This document shows, piece by piece, positions 1 through 14,326 of a stretch of 64,000 nt of DNA (its first letter is position 1; every line of letters begins with the position of its first letter). The translations under genes were made by a program, and so were the position numbers. The notes beneath the pieces are model-generated. The model was not told where the DNA came from. It worked only from the letters and a program-made list of their open reading frames with translations, and did no database searches. Location of the stretch: positions 372,001 through 436,000 of the forward strand of contig NC_090599.1 of assembly GCF_000497125.1 (NCBI RefSeq), written 5' to 3'. The stretch is from Spironucleus salmonicida. Taxonomy: Eukaryota.

Positions 1-1
1 C

Positions 2-3000
2 TACTTCGCGCACCAGTCGATGCACCAGCTCATGTCGGCGAAGGTGCAGGAGCCGATTTACTCGCTCAACTACTCGCAGGAGACCGACTGCTTCATTGTG
101 TGCCTCAAGGACAACCTGGTGCAGCTGGTTAACCGGTAGGGAAACGTCGTCCACAAGATCAAGACTACGAGCATGCCGGTCGCCGCTGCGACGTTCAGGC
201 CCCATATTGATGATTACAACAGTTATGGGTTCGATTTGCGGCCTTCTTAAAGCGGTTGGAACCTGATCGTTTCGGGGACTGACCGGAAGCTGTCAATTTA
301 CAATAACAACCAGCTCATTAACGCAATTCCCACGGAGAACGTGCACACCGTAATTAAAACGAATAATATAATTTACTTCAGGAGGCAGCGCGTCCAGCCT
401 GCGATTTTCACTGGAGATGACAAGGGGTAGGTTCATTTTTGGCGGCTTAACGGCTAGGATTTGACTTTAGAAGAGGAAATTCCCGAACATAAATTAAAAG
501 TATTTGTGGAAGAAGATGAAATTGAGGATGACGAGGAGGGGACAAATGAGGACGATGACCCTTAGATTCTAGTGGAAGTTAATGCGACAGATTCAGAGAA
601 CATTGCAAAAAAGAAATTTGAAGAATATAAAAAGTATCAGGAACTAGCGCTGAAGATGCAAATTGCCGCGTAATCATAATAGTTATCACCAACACCGATT
701 TGGTCTATTCAAGCTCACAAAAACTGGGTGAATACAATTATTTTAGAATTTATGGAAAATTCTGGACAATTTCTTTTAGCCTCTGGATCATCAGATGGAT
801 CAATATGTACTTTTGATGTAAATTAAGGTATTAAGGCAGCCAGTTTGTTAAAGCATTCTAATGTGTCGTCTTTAGCGTGGCTTCACCAGAGAGGACTGTT
901 AGTTTCAGTAGGTTCAGATCGCCAATTGAATATTTGGGTACCGTCATCTACACAAAATCACGTAACTTCACCTTAAGCCCCAATAGCATCGTTACCATAT
1001 TCTAATCATCCTTATATATCAGTTTTTGCATCTAAAACTAAGCCTGAGTTTCTTACAGTTGATGTAGTAGGAAATATATAATAGTGGGATATACGAAAAC
1101 TTGAACCCGTTTTTACGATTGTTGGAAATGCTTCAAGAAATGGAAAAGCAGTTTCTGCTGCATATAATGATCGTTCCGGACATATTTGCACTGCCACAAA
1201 TATGCTAGCTATTGCATATCCTTAAAATGCAAATTAATAAATTTAAATCACCCAATCTACTATTGAAAATGTTGCGATTTCGAGCTTAAATCCAGGTATT
1301 GTTATAGCTTCAGATCAAATTCTTTATATATGGGATTTAAGAAGTGGTAAATGTGTCGGTTAGATAGAAAATTTCATTTTTTCTGGTAAAACGGTAATGG
1401 AAGGAAAAGAAAGTGCAATCGGAACCATAATTGGAAAGGTAGATAATTCTGACACTGTAGGTTTAAATGTACTTTAGAATATGAATGGGGTTTTTAGCTC
1501 AGATCGAACGGGTGCTATAAATTTAATTTCTGGCATATAAACCTCTGAAAAAGAAACTCAACTAGAAATAAATTAAGGGACTGTGGAGGTGAAAAAGCAG
1601 GTTACTGCATTAAGTTTATCTCTTAATGGGTAGTATCTTGCTATAGCAACTGATGACGAAAGAATTGTTTTTTATCAAACATAAAATGGGTAAATGCTAT
1701 TGGAATTTCAAAGGAGTAAAGATGCAAAACCGGAATAAAGTGGTATGTTTGTAGAATAATATCAAAAAATGAATAAGGCAAAATCTATGTATTAGAAAGT
1801 TAAAGCAACAATGTAATTTTAAAACGATAAATTAGATAATTAGGAGTAAAATGTGGAAAATATTAAAAACTTTGGAGTTTGTACTGACATATTCTTTAGT
1901 GAAAGTAATTGTATGGAATTTTGGGTTTGCTTTAAGGAAAAAAAGATGATTATGACATATAAGTTTACTAGTAAAGAAAATTATTAATTAAATGCTAAAT
2001 TTAGATATAAGCAATAATGGAAGTCTTGTATGTTCAATGCATAGAGAGGGTAGTTGGTGTTATTAGTTGAAAATGATATTTCTATAATTTAATTTGATGG
2101 TTCACCATTAGTAAAAACTAGTATCTCTGTCGAAATTAAATTTATTGATATTTCGGATGATATGATTATGATAATATTAGATAATGATTTAGTTTAGTTT
2201 ATTGATTATGAGAGTATGAATATATTTGCTTATGTAAAGATTCCAGAGATTTCTAACTCTTTGACAGTTAAATTTAGTTAGCAAAATTAAACTTTATTGT
2301 AAGTTAATGATTGCAGCTCGGTCATAACATATAATATCAATTTTAATACTGCATTCTAAAATTACAAAACCTATAAGAAATAGAGCAAATCATTAGATAT
2401 CCATATTCCTTTAACTGTTACACAGTCAATATAGGATTTTACGTACTAAGCAAGTTTTACATCCCGTCGAATAACTTTTAATGTATTAGAAATTTCAGAA
2501 GCCAAGGAAGCTGGATTTGATGTTCCTTAAAATAAAGATTTTTGTTAAGAAATCTAGTTTGAAATCTTGAATTCATTATCTTATATAGATGAAACTAAAT
2601 TCACGGATATTTGCCTAAACGAAGTGTATTATCATTAGTTGGCTAATTTATTTGTAATTTCAACAGCACTAGGATATGTTTTATGCTTTTCAGCTATTTC
2701 AGGTTAGTTTGTATAGTTTTTGACCCTTACAGGATGGGAATATGAAGCAAAAGCATAAGCTAGCTATCTTCATAAGAGAGTTGTTCCAAGTACTTATCTT
2801 AATAGAGTTATTTAAGAGAATGATGAAAGACTATAAAAAGCCCAAGAATTTTAACATCATATAGGAGATAAATTAAATGGTAAAGAGCCTATTTTAGATT
2901 ATATTGAGAATATAACAGATAGATAAAGGATGAAATCCAGTATTAATGCTATAAGTGAAGTTTTCTGGAAAGATGTTGAAAATTATAATTAAAAGAAGAT

Positions 3001-3364
3001 AAAAATGCAGTAAACCGATAAAAATATAAGTTAATAACTCAAGTCAGGAACTTAAAGAATCATGTAATCATAATTAGAATCTAAAGAGTTATTTAGAGCT
3101 AAATCTTAGTTAAACTCACCTATTAGGAAATAACTACCTACTATACCAAAATCGTAAGGAAGAATGGTGTTAGCACGAGCTATATCATAAGCGTCTACTA
3201 TAGCATAAGAAACAAACTATAGATATTAAAAGGAAGTTAAAACTGTCAAATTTGATATTAATAATATAGAAAAGCGTATTACTGAAAATGCTAAGAAAGT
3301 AGAACTACCCACTCTCTTAAATATGACGAAAAGAGATCTAGCATAAAAATATAAAAAAGAGTGA
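2..3364 (+). CDS. WD40-repeat protein, 5'-truncated by the window edge (>1120 aa)
   Basis: Open in frame 2 with TAA/TAG=Gln, ending GAG-TGA. WD-type segments: IVSGTDRKLSIY, FTGDDKGQVHFW, LASGSSDGSICTFD, VSVGSDRQLNIW, LTVDVVGNIQQWD. Confidence 0.8.
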
Positions 3365-3464
3365 TCACATTTTTATATACCACAGCTGCATATGAAAAAA
3401 CTCAAGAATTTTCTCTCCACATAAATTTTAGATAGAATTTAAATAAAAATATATAATAATTATA

Positions 3465-3491
3465 TTCACCCCCTCCCTCTTTCTAAAATTT
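3465..3491 (+). promoter_or_regulatory. C-rich promoter-proximal element (example of the recurring TCC motif)
   Basis: TTCACCCCTCCCTCTTTCTAAAATTT lies directly before ATG 3492 and downstream of a TATA-rich tract; similar motifs precede many ATGs here. Confidence 0.55.
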
Positions 3492-4130
3492 ATGATGAGA
3501 GATTCTGAGAAAGATTAAAAAGTGTTTGCCGCTTTGAAGTATACACTGATTCATTATTTTGGTTTTGCAGAAAATATTATTTCGACTCCATCAGATTTAG
3601 TGTCTGTTTACGAACTTAATAAACGTCTGGTTAGCAAATAAAAAGGTGTTATGGAGTATACATCAACAGTGTTATAAGACTGCTTTAATTTGCCAATGTC
3701 AGCCAAATAACTATCCCATTATTACGCAAAAACTTTCTCTAAGCATGGGAAACTCCTTACGGTCTCAAAATCTGGTAAAGTAGACAAGCTTAGAGAAATC
3801 ATTAGGTTAGGGTTCCCAGGGCGCCGTAAATGCGAATTAGTTACTGACTGTATGACTGAGCTAGAAAACTAATATGCTAAGTCTGCAGTTGAAGGTTTCG
3901 TCTATAGAGAATGGAAGTCTCTTGAAGACTGCAAAGGAAATTATATACAATAACCATTAATTTCTCAAAAATCAGACAGACTCTTTAAAGATGAAGTTTA
4001 CTTACGAGAAGATACTTTTACACCCCTCTGCTCATAAATTTTAGATAAATCTTCTAGTGAAAAATACTCTCCATCCACCCGATCTTTTGCGCTAGATCTG
4101 TTGGTAACATGCGTTAGAGGATTTGAGTGA
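3492..4130 (+). CDS. hypothetical protein (212 aa)
   Basis: ATG follows a C-rich tract (CCCCTCCCTC); frame runs to GAG-TGA. No recognised domain. Confidence 0.65.
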
Positions 4131-4140
4131 AAAAAATTCT

Positions 4141-4779
4141 TCATTTTTGGTCCATATAACCGTTACAATTGTCACATCCACAGTAACAAATTGCCCTTTT
4201 CATACCTGACACGTACCTCATATTATAATTATAAGTAATTTCTTCCCCAATTAAAATATCCCGCACTGCTAGTAAATAAACATGACCATTTTGTTATTTT
4301 GATAATGCATTAGGAGAACAAGAGTGATTTGCAAATCGTGCGCTATTACCTGTAAAAGTAGCGTCAATGACTGACGTTTTCTAACCAATTCTAAACATAT
4401 AAGTCGAATCAAAACCGTATTCCATAAGCTTTTTCTCAGCTAAATCGGCTAGCGCTAATGAGTTATACATGATACCTTAGTACTCACAAATTGGTGTCCC
4501 TTTCTGTAGTATACGGTTAGCGAATAGGCCGTATCCATGGATAGAAGACCGCTTAACAATAATTTTTGGAGGTTATTAAAATTTTTACACAATGCATGTT
4601 TAGTGACGATATCCAGACGATGGTTTTGTTAGTGATGAGCAGAATTTTTATTACTCGAAGTATAGCTTTCTCTACGTCGAAAGATCTAATGGATGTATAG
4701 TGAGACATTTAGGTGGCAACTTGTTAATTTGTAGCTAAGATACTTCAAAACCAATTTAACCGATGTCAAGCAATTTCAT
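4141..4779 (-). CDS. SET-domain histone-lysine methyltransferase, SET1/H3K4-like, minimal (212 aa)
   Basis: KRSSIHGYGLFA, ICEYQG, YMFRI..VIDATFTGNSARFANHSCSPN, GEEITYNY and post-SET CYCGCDNC. Confidence 0.92.
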
Positions 4780-4869
4780 TTTTACAAAAATTAACTATTA
4801 TACTATATTAATAATAGCAGTCTTATGAATATTAAATTATAATATATAGAATAAGCAATTATTTTTAAA

Positions 4870-6546
4870 ATGTCACTAAAACCGCTTCCAGAAGAAATAA
4901 CAGATAAAACCTGTTCATTTTGTGGGGTTTCATATCTCATTATGCACGAAATTGAAGAGTTAAAAAATTAAATTGATGACTTAACACGCCGTCTAGCATA
5001 AGAAACAAGGAAAAATAGCAGTTCTAGGTAACAAGAAAACAACTCAAATAAATCTATATAAAGTCTAGCAGAACTTAATACATAGCTTAATAAAAGCTTA
5101 GAATAAAGTCAGGAGCAACTCGCAAAATACCGCAAAGACTTAGAGTTACAAAAAGACTTAATCGATGAATTTGAAAAAGAAAATATTATTTTAAAAAGAG
5201 GAGTTTAACATTTAAAAGTTGAACTCTCAGACTTTAAGAAATAATTAAAAATTTAAATTTAAGGCTATTAAACTGACAATAGCATTTAAATTATTTGTTC
5301 GGTAGAAAAAATAATAGAGATTAAAAATAGTGAAATCATTGAAACAAAATACGAAGTTAACAAACTTGAACAATAAAATATAATATTATAAACAGAGATT
5401 AAAAGTATTACTGAAATATTAGAGAGTACTCAGCAAAATTCATAGAAAGTCTTACAAGAAAATTCAGATTTACGGTTAATTTTATAAAATAGAGATATGG
5501 AAATTCAAAAACTTAACAATTTAATAGATAAGTTAAATCTAGATAAAACAGAGTAAGATTAAATAATTGCTAATCTCAACTAGTAAATACAGATTCTTGA
5601 AAACCAAAATAAAAAAATTTTAGCGTCGTAAACTACAGATTAAGACTTAACAAATCAGTTATAAATAAGATTAAATTAGCTTCAAGCTGATTATGATTAA
5701 TCATGTAAGCTTCTAAGTTCTGTAACGAATCAACTGAGAGATAGTAACTTACAATATATTGAATTGTAAACTGAATCAAAATAAATGCTCGAAAATACGA
5801 TTTCTGCAAAGGATGAGTTTATTCTTAATCTTAATAACCAGCTGAAGTAGCTCAAACAATAACTACTTGACACAAATTCTTCGTCGACTTATCAAACGCA
5901 ACAACTAGAAGACTTATTGCAAAAAATTCAGTCTTATAAAGAACATGAAAGCCTGTCCAGCACGTAAATTTTAGAGTTAAAAAGCAAATTACATTCTGCC
6001 AATATGACTATTGAACAACAAAAAGACTAAATTTAGTCCAAAACTGATACTATTGAAACACTCACACATCAAACCACCGATCTAACTGCTAAAAATAATC
6101 AGATTAAAACTGAAATAAGTGATTTATAACTACAGTTGTAAGACATTTCAATTAAGCAAAATTAAGCGTCTAAGAATTATCTTAGTCAAATTGATTAGCT
6201 GTAAACTGATATAAAGCAGAAACTCGAGCTGGTACAGTAGAAGTCAAATGAAATATTCGACTTAGAAAATTAGCTTAAAAATTTGGGTAAAATGATTGAA
6301 AATATGGAAAACTTAATCGAAAATAACAAAAACCAGCAAAATAATGACTAGTTAGAGCAGGAAAATACGAATTTGAAGGCGAAGCTGAAAGCGTTGCAGC
6401 AGACAGTTTTACACGAGTGCAAAGAGCGGAATGAATTGATGCGGACTCTCAGTTAATACAGGACGCAACTGTCGGAATTAGGAGTAATGAAGACACCGAA
6501 TTAATTGCCTTAAATTAGGTAAAATTCAAATAGGAAAGTGGAATGA
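4870..6546 (+). CDS. LEKR1-like coiled-coil protein (558 aa)
   Basis: N-terminal PLPEEI..CSFCGVSYLIMHE and C-terminal LQQTVLHECKERNEL resemble the conserved ends of LEKR1; heptad-rich middle. Confidence 0.75.
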
Positions 6547-6586
6547 TATATTTGTACTATTATATTAAATAAAATGTTACCAATTA

Positions 6587-8371
6587 ATGATACCATAGTT
6601 TGATATTAAGGAACATGATCCGTGTAATAATCAGAAGCAGAATTTCAGTAGCTTAAAACCATCATTATTTGCCTAACAAGCTTAAAATGGGCCACCAAAA
6701 ATATTTAAATGCAATATACAATAAAAGCCAATTATTAAGTAAAAAGAAATAGTAGAAGCAGTTACGATATAAGATATTCACGCTCATTTCAGTACCTCTC
6801 TTTAAGAAGCCGAGTATATACTCTAAGCGACGTCCTCTAAATCTTCATCAGTAAGAGGTAATGCATTCGTAGCACTTTCTGGTCTTCTCAAATAGGCTGA
6901 TTTGCCACTTTTAAGATGGTTCTACCATTCTGAAACCAGCCCAGTTACCCAAGCTTTTACCTTAATAGAAAAATACCCAAAAGATGCCTAATATCCACTT
7001 TAGCTTATTTCTGAAATGGCCGTTGGGGACGAAAACTATATAAACGAACTGGCTCTACCTTTCATCTAATAGTTTCCCAAATTCATAGTGCGAAAATAGC
7101 TTGGAGTCTTTCATGACAACATTGAATTTGGCTTGGAAGTTCTATCCAACGTTATAAACAACGTAGGTGACGAGTCGCGAAATTTGATATTTTTGATATT
7201 TGAGAGATTTTACACTAACTAAAAGTATATTACAGACCTCTTTGAGGGTGAGGTTACGCTCCAGCTGGAGCAGATAAAACGAAACGGTAACTTTCTCAAC
7301 ATGGCAGGCAGAATAGCGCTGCGCAACATCAAGCGCCCAGGATTAGATTTTAGCGTAATTGAGCTCCTCATGGCAAACTACGACGACTCGATTTAAGGGT
7401 ACGAAATTCTCTAAGTACTAGTCATGATTTGTGCGTACGTACTAAACGAGGAGCGGGAAGACGAAATTACGCTATTCAAGAAGTTCGTATCCTAGTAAAA
7501 AATCAACAGCTAAACACAGAAAAACAATATTGAGCAGCTATCGAAGGTAGCCTATATCCTAAAAGTTCAGATAGATGTCGATGATACATTTCTGGATGAG
7601 ACTTAGCTAAATTTAGAGCAAATTTTAACAAATTATCCATTTTTCATCAAAAACTGTGAAGAATATTTACGAAAAACAGATGACTGCTTGTTTGATAAGG
7701 CTATCAGTGCCGTTTTTGATACTTTTAATCATACTTAATTGAATAATTTATCACGCGAAAAATCTTTGTTTTTAGAAATTCAAGCTCCCTAAATAAGAAT
7801 TAGCGATCATTTACTGAATAAAATTAGTTTCTTGCACTTATTTAATAAATAATAAGTTGATAGTTCACTTCCAAAGTCGTTTTATTACCTAACTAATGCA
7901 TTCTCGTCGGATATTGACTATTTAAGTCAGTAATATGATTATAAATTTACAGATGAAAGGGTTCTTAATTCGTATGAAGCAGGTTATATAGGAGTTTTTA
8001 TGTTATAGGAATTTAAATTTCAAAAATTCAGTTCTCTTATTAAAAAGCTAGGTAAAAATGCATAAGATTTGTCGTTTATTCTAAATCTAGTAAATACCCT
8101 AGACGATACTAACTAGTAGATACCCACATCTTTATTTGATCTTTTTGATAATAGCAAACTATCATTGTTTAGTTAAACTGAGGTTTTCACGAAAGGAAAA
8201 ATATATAAAAAATTTTATAGTGTTTATTTTGAATTTATGCTTAGTTTAATACAATAATAAATTTTTATGGACTATAAATAAGTTGAAAAATTAATTTTCT
8301 TTGCTGATATATCTGATATTGAACTTCAAAGAGTTATGATTGACGTAAAGAAATTTTATAATATTTAGTGA
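6587..8371 (+). CDS. hypothetical protein (594 aa), probably alpha-helical
   Basis: Long open frame ending TAG-TGA. The upstream ATG at 6574 hits TGA after 9 codons, so 6587 was chosen. Confidence 0.65.
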
Positions 8372-8388
8372 AAGAATTAATTTATCAC

Positions 8389-11300
8389 TCAGAACAGATC
8401 ATTTTAATCATTAACATTATTACCAGCGTTCTAAGAGCTAGCAGAGTTGCTTAGTGAATTTGCTCCACTTCTGCTACTTCCCATACTTCTGCTCCTTTAA
8501 CTGATAATAGAATTATGACTAGCAGAACTTCTACTAGAATGGGAATTGTCGAGTGAATTAACAGCAGCTCTAGCATATTCATCATTTTCATAATGAATTA
8601 CTGCAGATGCACTATTACTTCTTCTAGAAAGTTAGTTAGACAGCTAAGAAACATGAGAACCAGAGTTAAAATGAGATCCAATTCTTGAACCATTGTTGGA
8701 TAAAAATGAATTACTTCTCATAGATCTTTACGAACCAGCGGAAATGGATCCTATAAATCCAGCCGATAAAGCACCCATAGCAGAAAATTAGGCAGAATAA
8801 ACATTGTTATTAACTGACATTTCAGCATGAGAAACGTTATCATTTTTAGCTTATTATGATTATTACATAGACAATAAAGCAGACTGAGGATGCGCAGTTT
8901 CTGGTGGCTACGGAAGTACAGACGTATCTAAAAGTAAATCAAAGGCACCAGTTCCATGCCTCATTTCAGCTCCCATTAATACAGCTGAAGAAATGGCCTG
9001 GCAATTGTCTTTAAGTGCAAAAGCTCCAGCATCTAAAAGAACATCGCCTGGCTATTCGAAAGAAGCTTGAGTAAGAACACCAGTATCTGTAATATGCATA
9101 CCATGGCGATTAATCGATACCATTTTACCATCTTAGGGATGGGACATCATGATATCTGCAAGCATAGAAAAGTGACGACCATTTAATCCGTCAGAAGGCA
9201 GAGTAACACGCATTTCTTTAACTAATAAAGAACGACACGCCTCAGTACCTAATACAGTATAAATTTCTGGAAGATCATTGCAATATGTACGGTATGAATC
9301 TACACCTTCCATGTTCAAAACGGATAGCAAATCTGACCCCTCTGTTCTGATAAAAAGCTCTTTAATAACATCATTCGATACATCTCCATCAGTATATTTC
9401 AAATTTTTGAAATAAATACCACCATATCTATCGATATAATTTGTATCTTCAGAATCTGCTTATTTTGAAGGAGAGCAATCATCTAGACCATACCCAATAA
9501 CTGGAGTATAGTTATCTCTAAATACCTTTTTAATACTTTCTAATCCGCCAATATGTATTTTTTAAATGATATCATTCATTTCAATAGCCTCCTTAATATC
9601 TACTGTTAAAATTTCAGGATCCAATAGTGGCCTAACTCTAATAACTATTTGACCAATACCATTATAATAACTTACAAGTGGGCCACCAGTTTCATCTGTA
9701 ACATAAAAATATGCACTAATAATATCAGAAATATGTTGAACTGTAAATCCAGCATCTTCCTTCTCAATTAATTTCTTGAGAGATATTTCATATCTGATAA
9801 CAAACGGAGAAGTTTCTTCGACACATTAGCAGAACCCAAACTATTCCTTAAGACTGAGCCAATGCTTATCTTATGGAATTAATGAATCTGAATCTAGTGG
9901 ATCAAACTCAATTGCCCATGAATCAATTAAGTCGGAAAAATAAGTATTTTCTAATCTAGCAGCCAACTCCATTAATTTTTAACCTTATAGTGATTGTCTT
10001 TCCTTATCCTGGTCTTATGTTTCAGCAAAGATATCTTTCTTATCTAAATCTAAATAAATAGACATAATAGGAATAGGAGTATTTCTAAAATCAATTAATT
10101 CTTTAAGGCGTGGCAAACCTAATGAACCTAGCGCAGAGGTACCAGCAGTATGGAAAGTATTAAGTGTCAATTAGGTTGCAGGTTCAGAAATAGAGTGCGA
10201 AGCTAGCGGGCCAACAGGTTCGCCAGGCTAACAAGCAGACTTTAAAAATTTATATTATAATTCCTCTATAATTTAATCAAACTAAGATCTTTTTAACCGA
10301 AGATTAAAAACAATATTTTTGCTGCATAATTACTAACGCAATATTACTCTAAATAACTTAGACTCATTGTGCTTTCTCTATTTCATAAATGAAATAAGTT
10401 TATTTACCTCCTATACAACATAAATAGGAGATAAGTCAGTTTATCTACTCTCATTTATATTAAGATCTAATTTATTCTTAACTATCTACTTGTTAATAAC
10501 ACGTTTAATATCACAAATTGTTGTCTTGGTACCTATATCGTTACTAGATAAAGTGTTATTTACTTTAAGAGAGTAAACTTCAATATTATGCATCCAAAAT
10601 CTTTCTATTAGTAGAGATAAATACTCTAGTTTTAATAAAGTAATGTTTTGTTCGCCAGAAAGAACTTAAGTATCCTCGATAACAGAGTTAACATCTACTT
10701 TAGTATTGTTCAAATAAGTTTTAACGTGAAATTAAAGATATGTCTATAACGAGTTTATGCTGAATAAATCTAAGTCTACATTAATACTAAATTAATTAAA
10801 TATTTGATCTTAGAACTAAAAATCTGCTATACCAATTTCATTTACATTTTATAATCTATCAATTAATTCTATGAATGAAGGAATATTAAATTCTTTTTGT
10901 TTTTGCATACCAAAAACTTCTGCTGTTAAATTTTTACAAGATTCTTCATAGTTGATAAAGAATTCTTTCGAAAATTGCTTATCTGAAAATCCAATAGATT
11001 TATAAGATTACGTTTCACACATATGTGGATCTAAACTATCATCCCCATATCTAAACTAAACTATATGGTTAACATCATTTCTAACTGAATTATCATAAGC
11101 TAATCCTAAGGATTCCATATTCTTCATCATTTTTCTTTCAACATAACCACTATCTGCAGTTTTAATAGCAGTATCACATACACCTTCTCTACCTCCAATC
11201 ATATGGAAGAAAAATTCACAAGGATCAAGTCCAAACATATAACTGTGTGCAACATATCCTCTAGAAGCCATATCAAAATTATACGGCAAGAAATGAGGTA

Positions 11301-13752
11301 ATGATCTATATGTCGCAAATTTAAAATTCATACGCTAACCATGAAGATACTATTAACCTAAGCAGGTTGAAATCTACATAATATTAAAAACTTTACCTTT
11401 AGAACCAGAGTTAACCATGCAAATCAAAGCATTTCTTTTAGATAAATCTGCTTTAACTACTTTTTCTAACTATTCTTATGACTACTAAAGCTATCTATTA
11501 AATGTGCCTTCAAAACCATTCTCTTTAGTTTATCCTGGAGCAAGTTAAATTTTATTGTTTATACTATCATAAATTGTATTTTAACAAGCAATAGAAAGAT
11601 TTTCTTAAATTACATTTGCTTGATCTTTTGCTTTTTAAGAAATGATCATATCTCCAAAACCGATACTGAACGAATGTTCAATCATAAAATTCGTCACAGT
11701 TCTTTAACAATTATCTAAGAAGGATCTACAATATTCTGGACTGAAATCCTTCCAAAGAACATGAATTAACCCTCCTTAAGCTTGACCAATAACCTTATTT
11801 GAAGCAACACCAGTTAATAATTCGCCTTATAAGATAATCTAACAAGTATCCGAATTAATATTATCAGCATTTCTCCCGCCAATATCTAAGTTAATTTACG
11901 TAGGTAATGACATTGAAAATAACTATTTGCCTGTCCAAAGAGTTTAAGGATAAAGTACAGCAGGTTATGGTGTATTTATAGCCAAAAATGGGTTATCAAT
12001 ATTGTTAGTACCAGCATAAAAACTACTTTATGCTTATTAAACACTAGATTCTTAACTTGAGGAATTATCAAAGGAATATGCATCATTTGATTCACCAGCA
12101 AGCAAACTTCTGTTTATAACACTTCCATAATCTTATCTGTAGTTAGCATCTGGATAACTTAAGAACATCATGAATTTTTAAAATGAATCCTAGGTCATAA
12201 ATTTGTCTTTTTATGTCATAATATAACTGCCTACTAAAGAATCTTAAACAATTGATATTAGTGGAGCGTTATGTTTACAACTGACTATCTACTTACTTAC
12301 GAGCATAATCTCAGCCATTTCAGAAATAGATTAAAGTGCTTATGGTTCATGCATATTCATCTCATCTCCATCAAAATCAGCATTATACGGTTTTGCAGCA
12401 CACAAATTTAGCCTAAATGTAGAGTATGGTAATACTTTTACACGATGACTCATAAAAGACATTTTATGAAGAGATGGTTAACGATTAAACATAACATAGT
12501 CACCTTCCAACAAATGTCTATGAACAATATCACCTATTTTAATATTGACTGGCTCCGTGGCCTAATCCAACCTCTTTAAACTAGAACCAATTTATACTAA
12601 ATTTGCACCGGGATATTAAGTTCCTTTGTGAACTAATTTTTACAAAAATTCTTTATTTCTAGCATTAACTGTCTCAGGGAAGCTTAACCTGGCAGCAACA
12701 GATCTAGGAACCCCTAATTAATCAATAGAAATAGTTGGATCTCCAGAAATAACACTACGCGAACAAAAGTTAACACGCTTACCCATACAATTATTTCTTA
12801 AAATACCATACTTACCTCTTAATCTATCAGTGATACCTTTAACTTATTTGACTGCTGTATTTTCCACCTTGGCTGTTTTAACAACAGATGCAAAGGCAGT
12901 TGCTATATTCCGTTAACATTCTAATCTGGCATCAGTACTTTCTCCTGCTGTTAATTTACTTCCTTATACAATCTAAACTAACTTTTAGTAAACATCAGTT
13001 AATTAATCCCTATTAGTCTACCCCATCATAAGAATTGTCGGTCTACAGCATTTAGGAAGAACAGGGATATGGCGTAAAACTAAATTAACAGGATTGTTAT
13101 TTTCTAATCCAAGTAGGAACAAATCAGAAGCTTAATATCGCGAAATAATTTAAATAGCTACTGCGCAGCTAATCGATTCTTCTTTACGAACCTCACCTTT
13201 ATTACCTTTAAATTACTCCTCAAAACGAATAATTTCATTAGTATCTGGTCTGTCCTTAAATAATATACGCGAGTCGCAACACTTTTCGTCTCTAGTTAAT
13301 TTATATAAAGCAGTGATAAAGTTTAATTTAGGCTAAGATGACCTAAATTATTGTATTCTCTCGTCTTATTTATCTCTTTCAGTTTCATATTATTCTAAAA
13401 TAACCCTATACTTTAATTTAGCACAGGTGGGGCAAAAACATGACATAATTTGAGCTAACTATTTGATTAATAAAGGATGGAATATTTAAACTGAGTCTAG
13501 ACTAATTGTACCAAAATGCCCAGGACATGGCTATTATCCAACTGCATCGCCACAAGTGCCATTACATTACTAGCATTAACCATCTTCAGGATAAACAACA
13601 CCTAAATGATTTGATTCTAAAGGATCAATGTTAGTATTATGTTCTTTATTGAGCAGTTTAAATGATGCCATGTGTTTATCACTAAAAATACTAAAATTAA
13701 CACCAGTAATCCTCCCAACAGGAATATCAATTTAGGTATCCTGAATGGGCAT
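8389..13752 (-). CDS. RPB1: DNA-directed RNA polymerase II largest subunit (1787 aa)
   Basis: CPGHFG, FNRQPSLHKMS, catalytic [11 protein letters not shown], bridge helix [25 protein letters not shown], trigger loop TLNTFH and [10 protein letters not shown]. Contiguous only with TAA/TAG=Gln. Confidence 0.95.
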
Positions 13753-13805
13753 TTAATGGAATGGAATTAAAACTAATAATATAATATATAACTAATATAT
13801 AATAA

Positions 13806-14288
13806 TCATAATTCATGTAGGCGAATTAAGCTAATACTTTCATTATCTTTCATGATGCCTTTCCATTTAACACCATCTTTATCGATAAATATACCTTCAC
13901 CATTCATTTTACATTTATCCCATGGACCATCCCAAATTTCTCCATCTTTAAAGAAATATTAGCCTGCTAAGTAATTGCCATCCTAATCAACTTTACCTAC
14001 AAATTTAGAGCCATCTGGATAAGATATAGTACCTTCTTAAAACAGATCATTATTCCAAATACCATCAAATATTTACGCGATTTCTGGAATAATTTCTAGT
14101 GGATCAAATCCTGGACACTCGAATTTTTCTAAAGTTATCAGAGATTCAGTAAAAATGCCTGTTCCTTAACGAATATTAATATCACCAATTATCACATATT
14201 CACCATCATATTTAGAACCATTTTTAAACAGAAATTTACCGTTCTAAGTTTCAGACGGTGCACCTTTTGCATTAGGTTTTGGGGGCAT
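13806..14288 (-). CDS. MORN-repeat protein (MORN2-like, 160 aa)
   Basis: FKNGSKYDGEY, YPDGSKFVG, DGEIWDGPWDKCKMNGEGIFIDKDGVKWKG. Confidence 0.85.
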
Positions 14289-14326
14289 TTATGCGGAACT
14301 AATTTATAAGTAATAATATATAATAT

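Noticed and set aside
6587-8371. RPAP1/Rba50-like identity for the gene converging on RPB1
   Set aside because: Only a faint resemblance (EAEYILQATSSKSSSVRGNAFVALSGLL); not supportable without a profile search.
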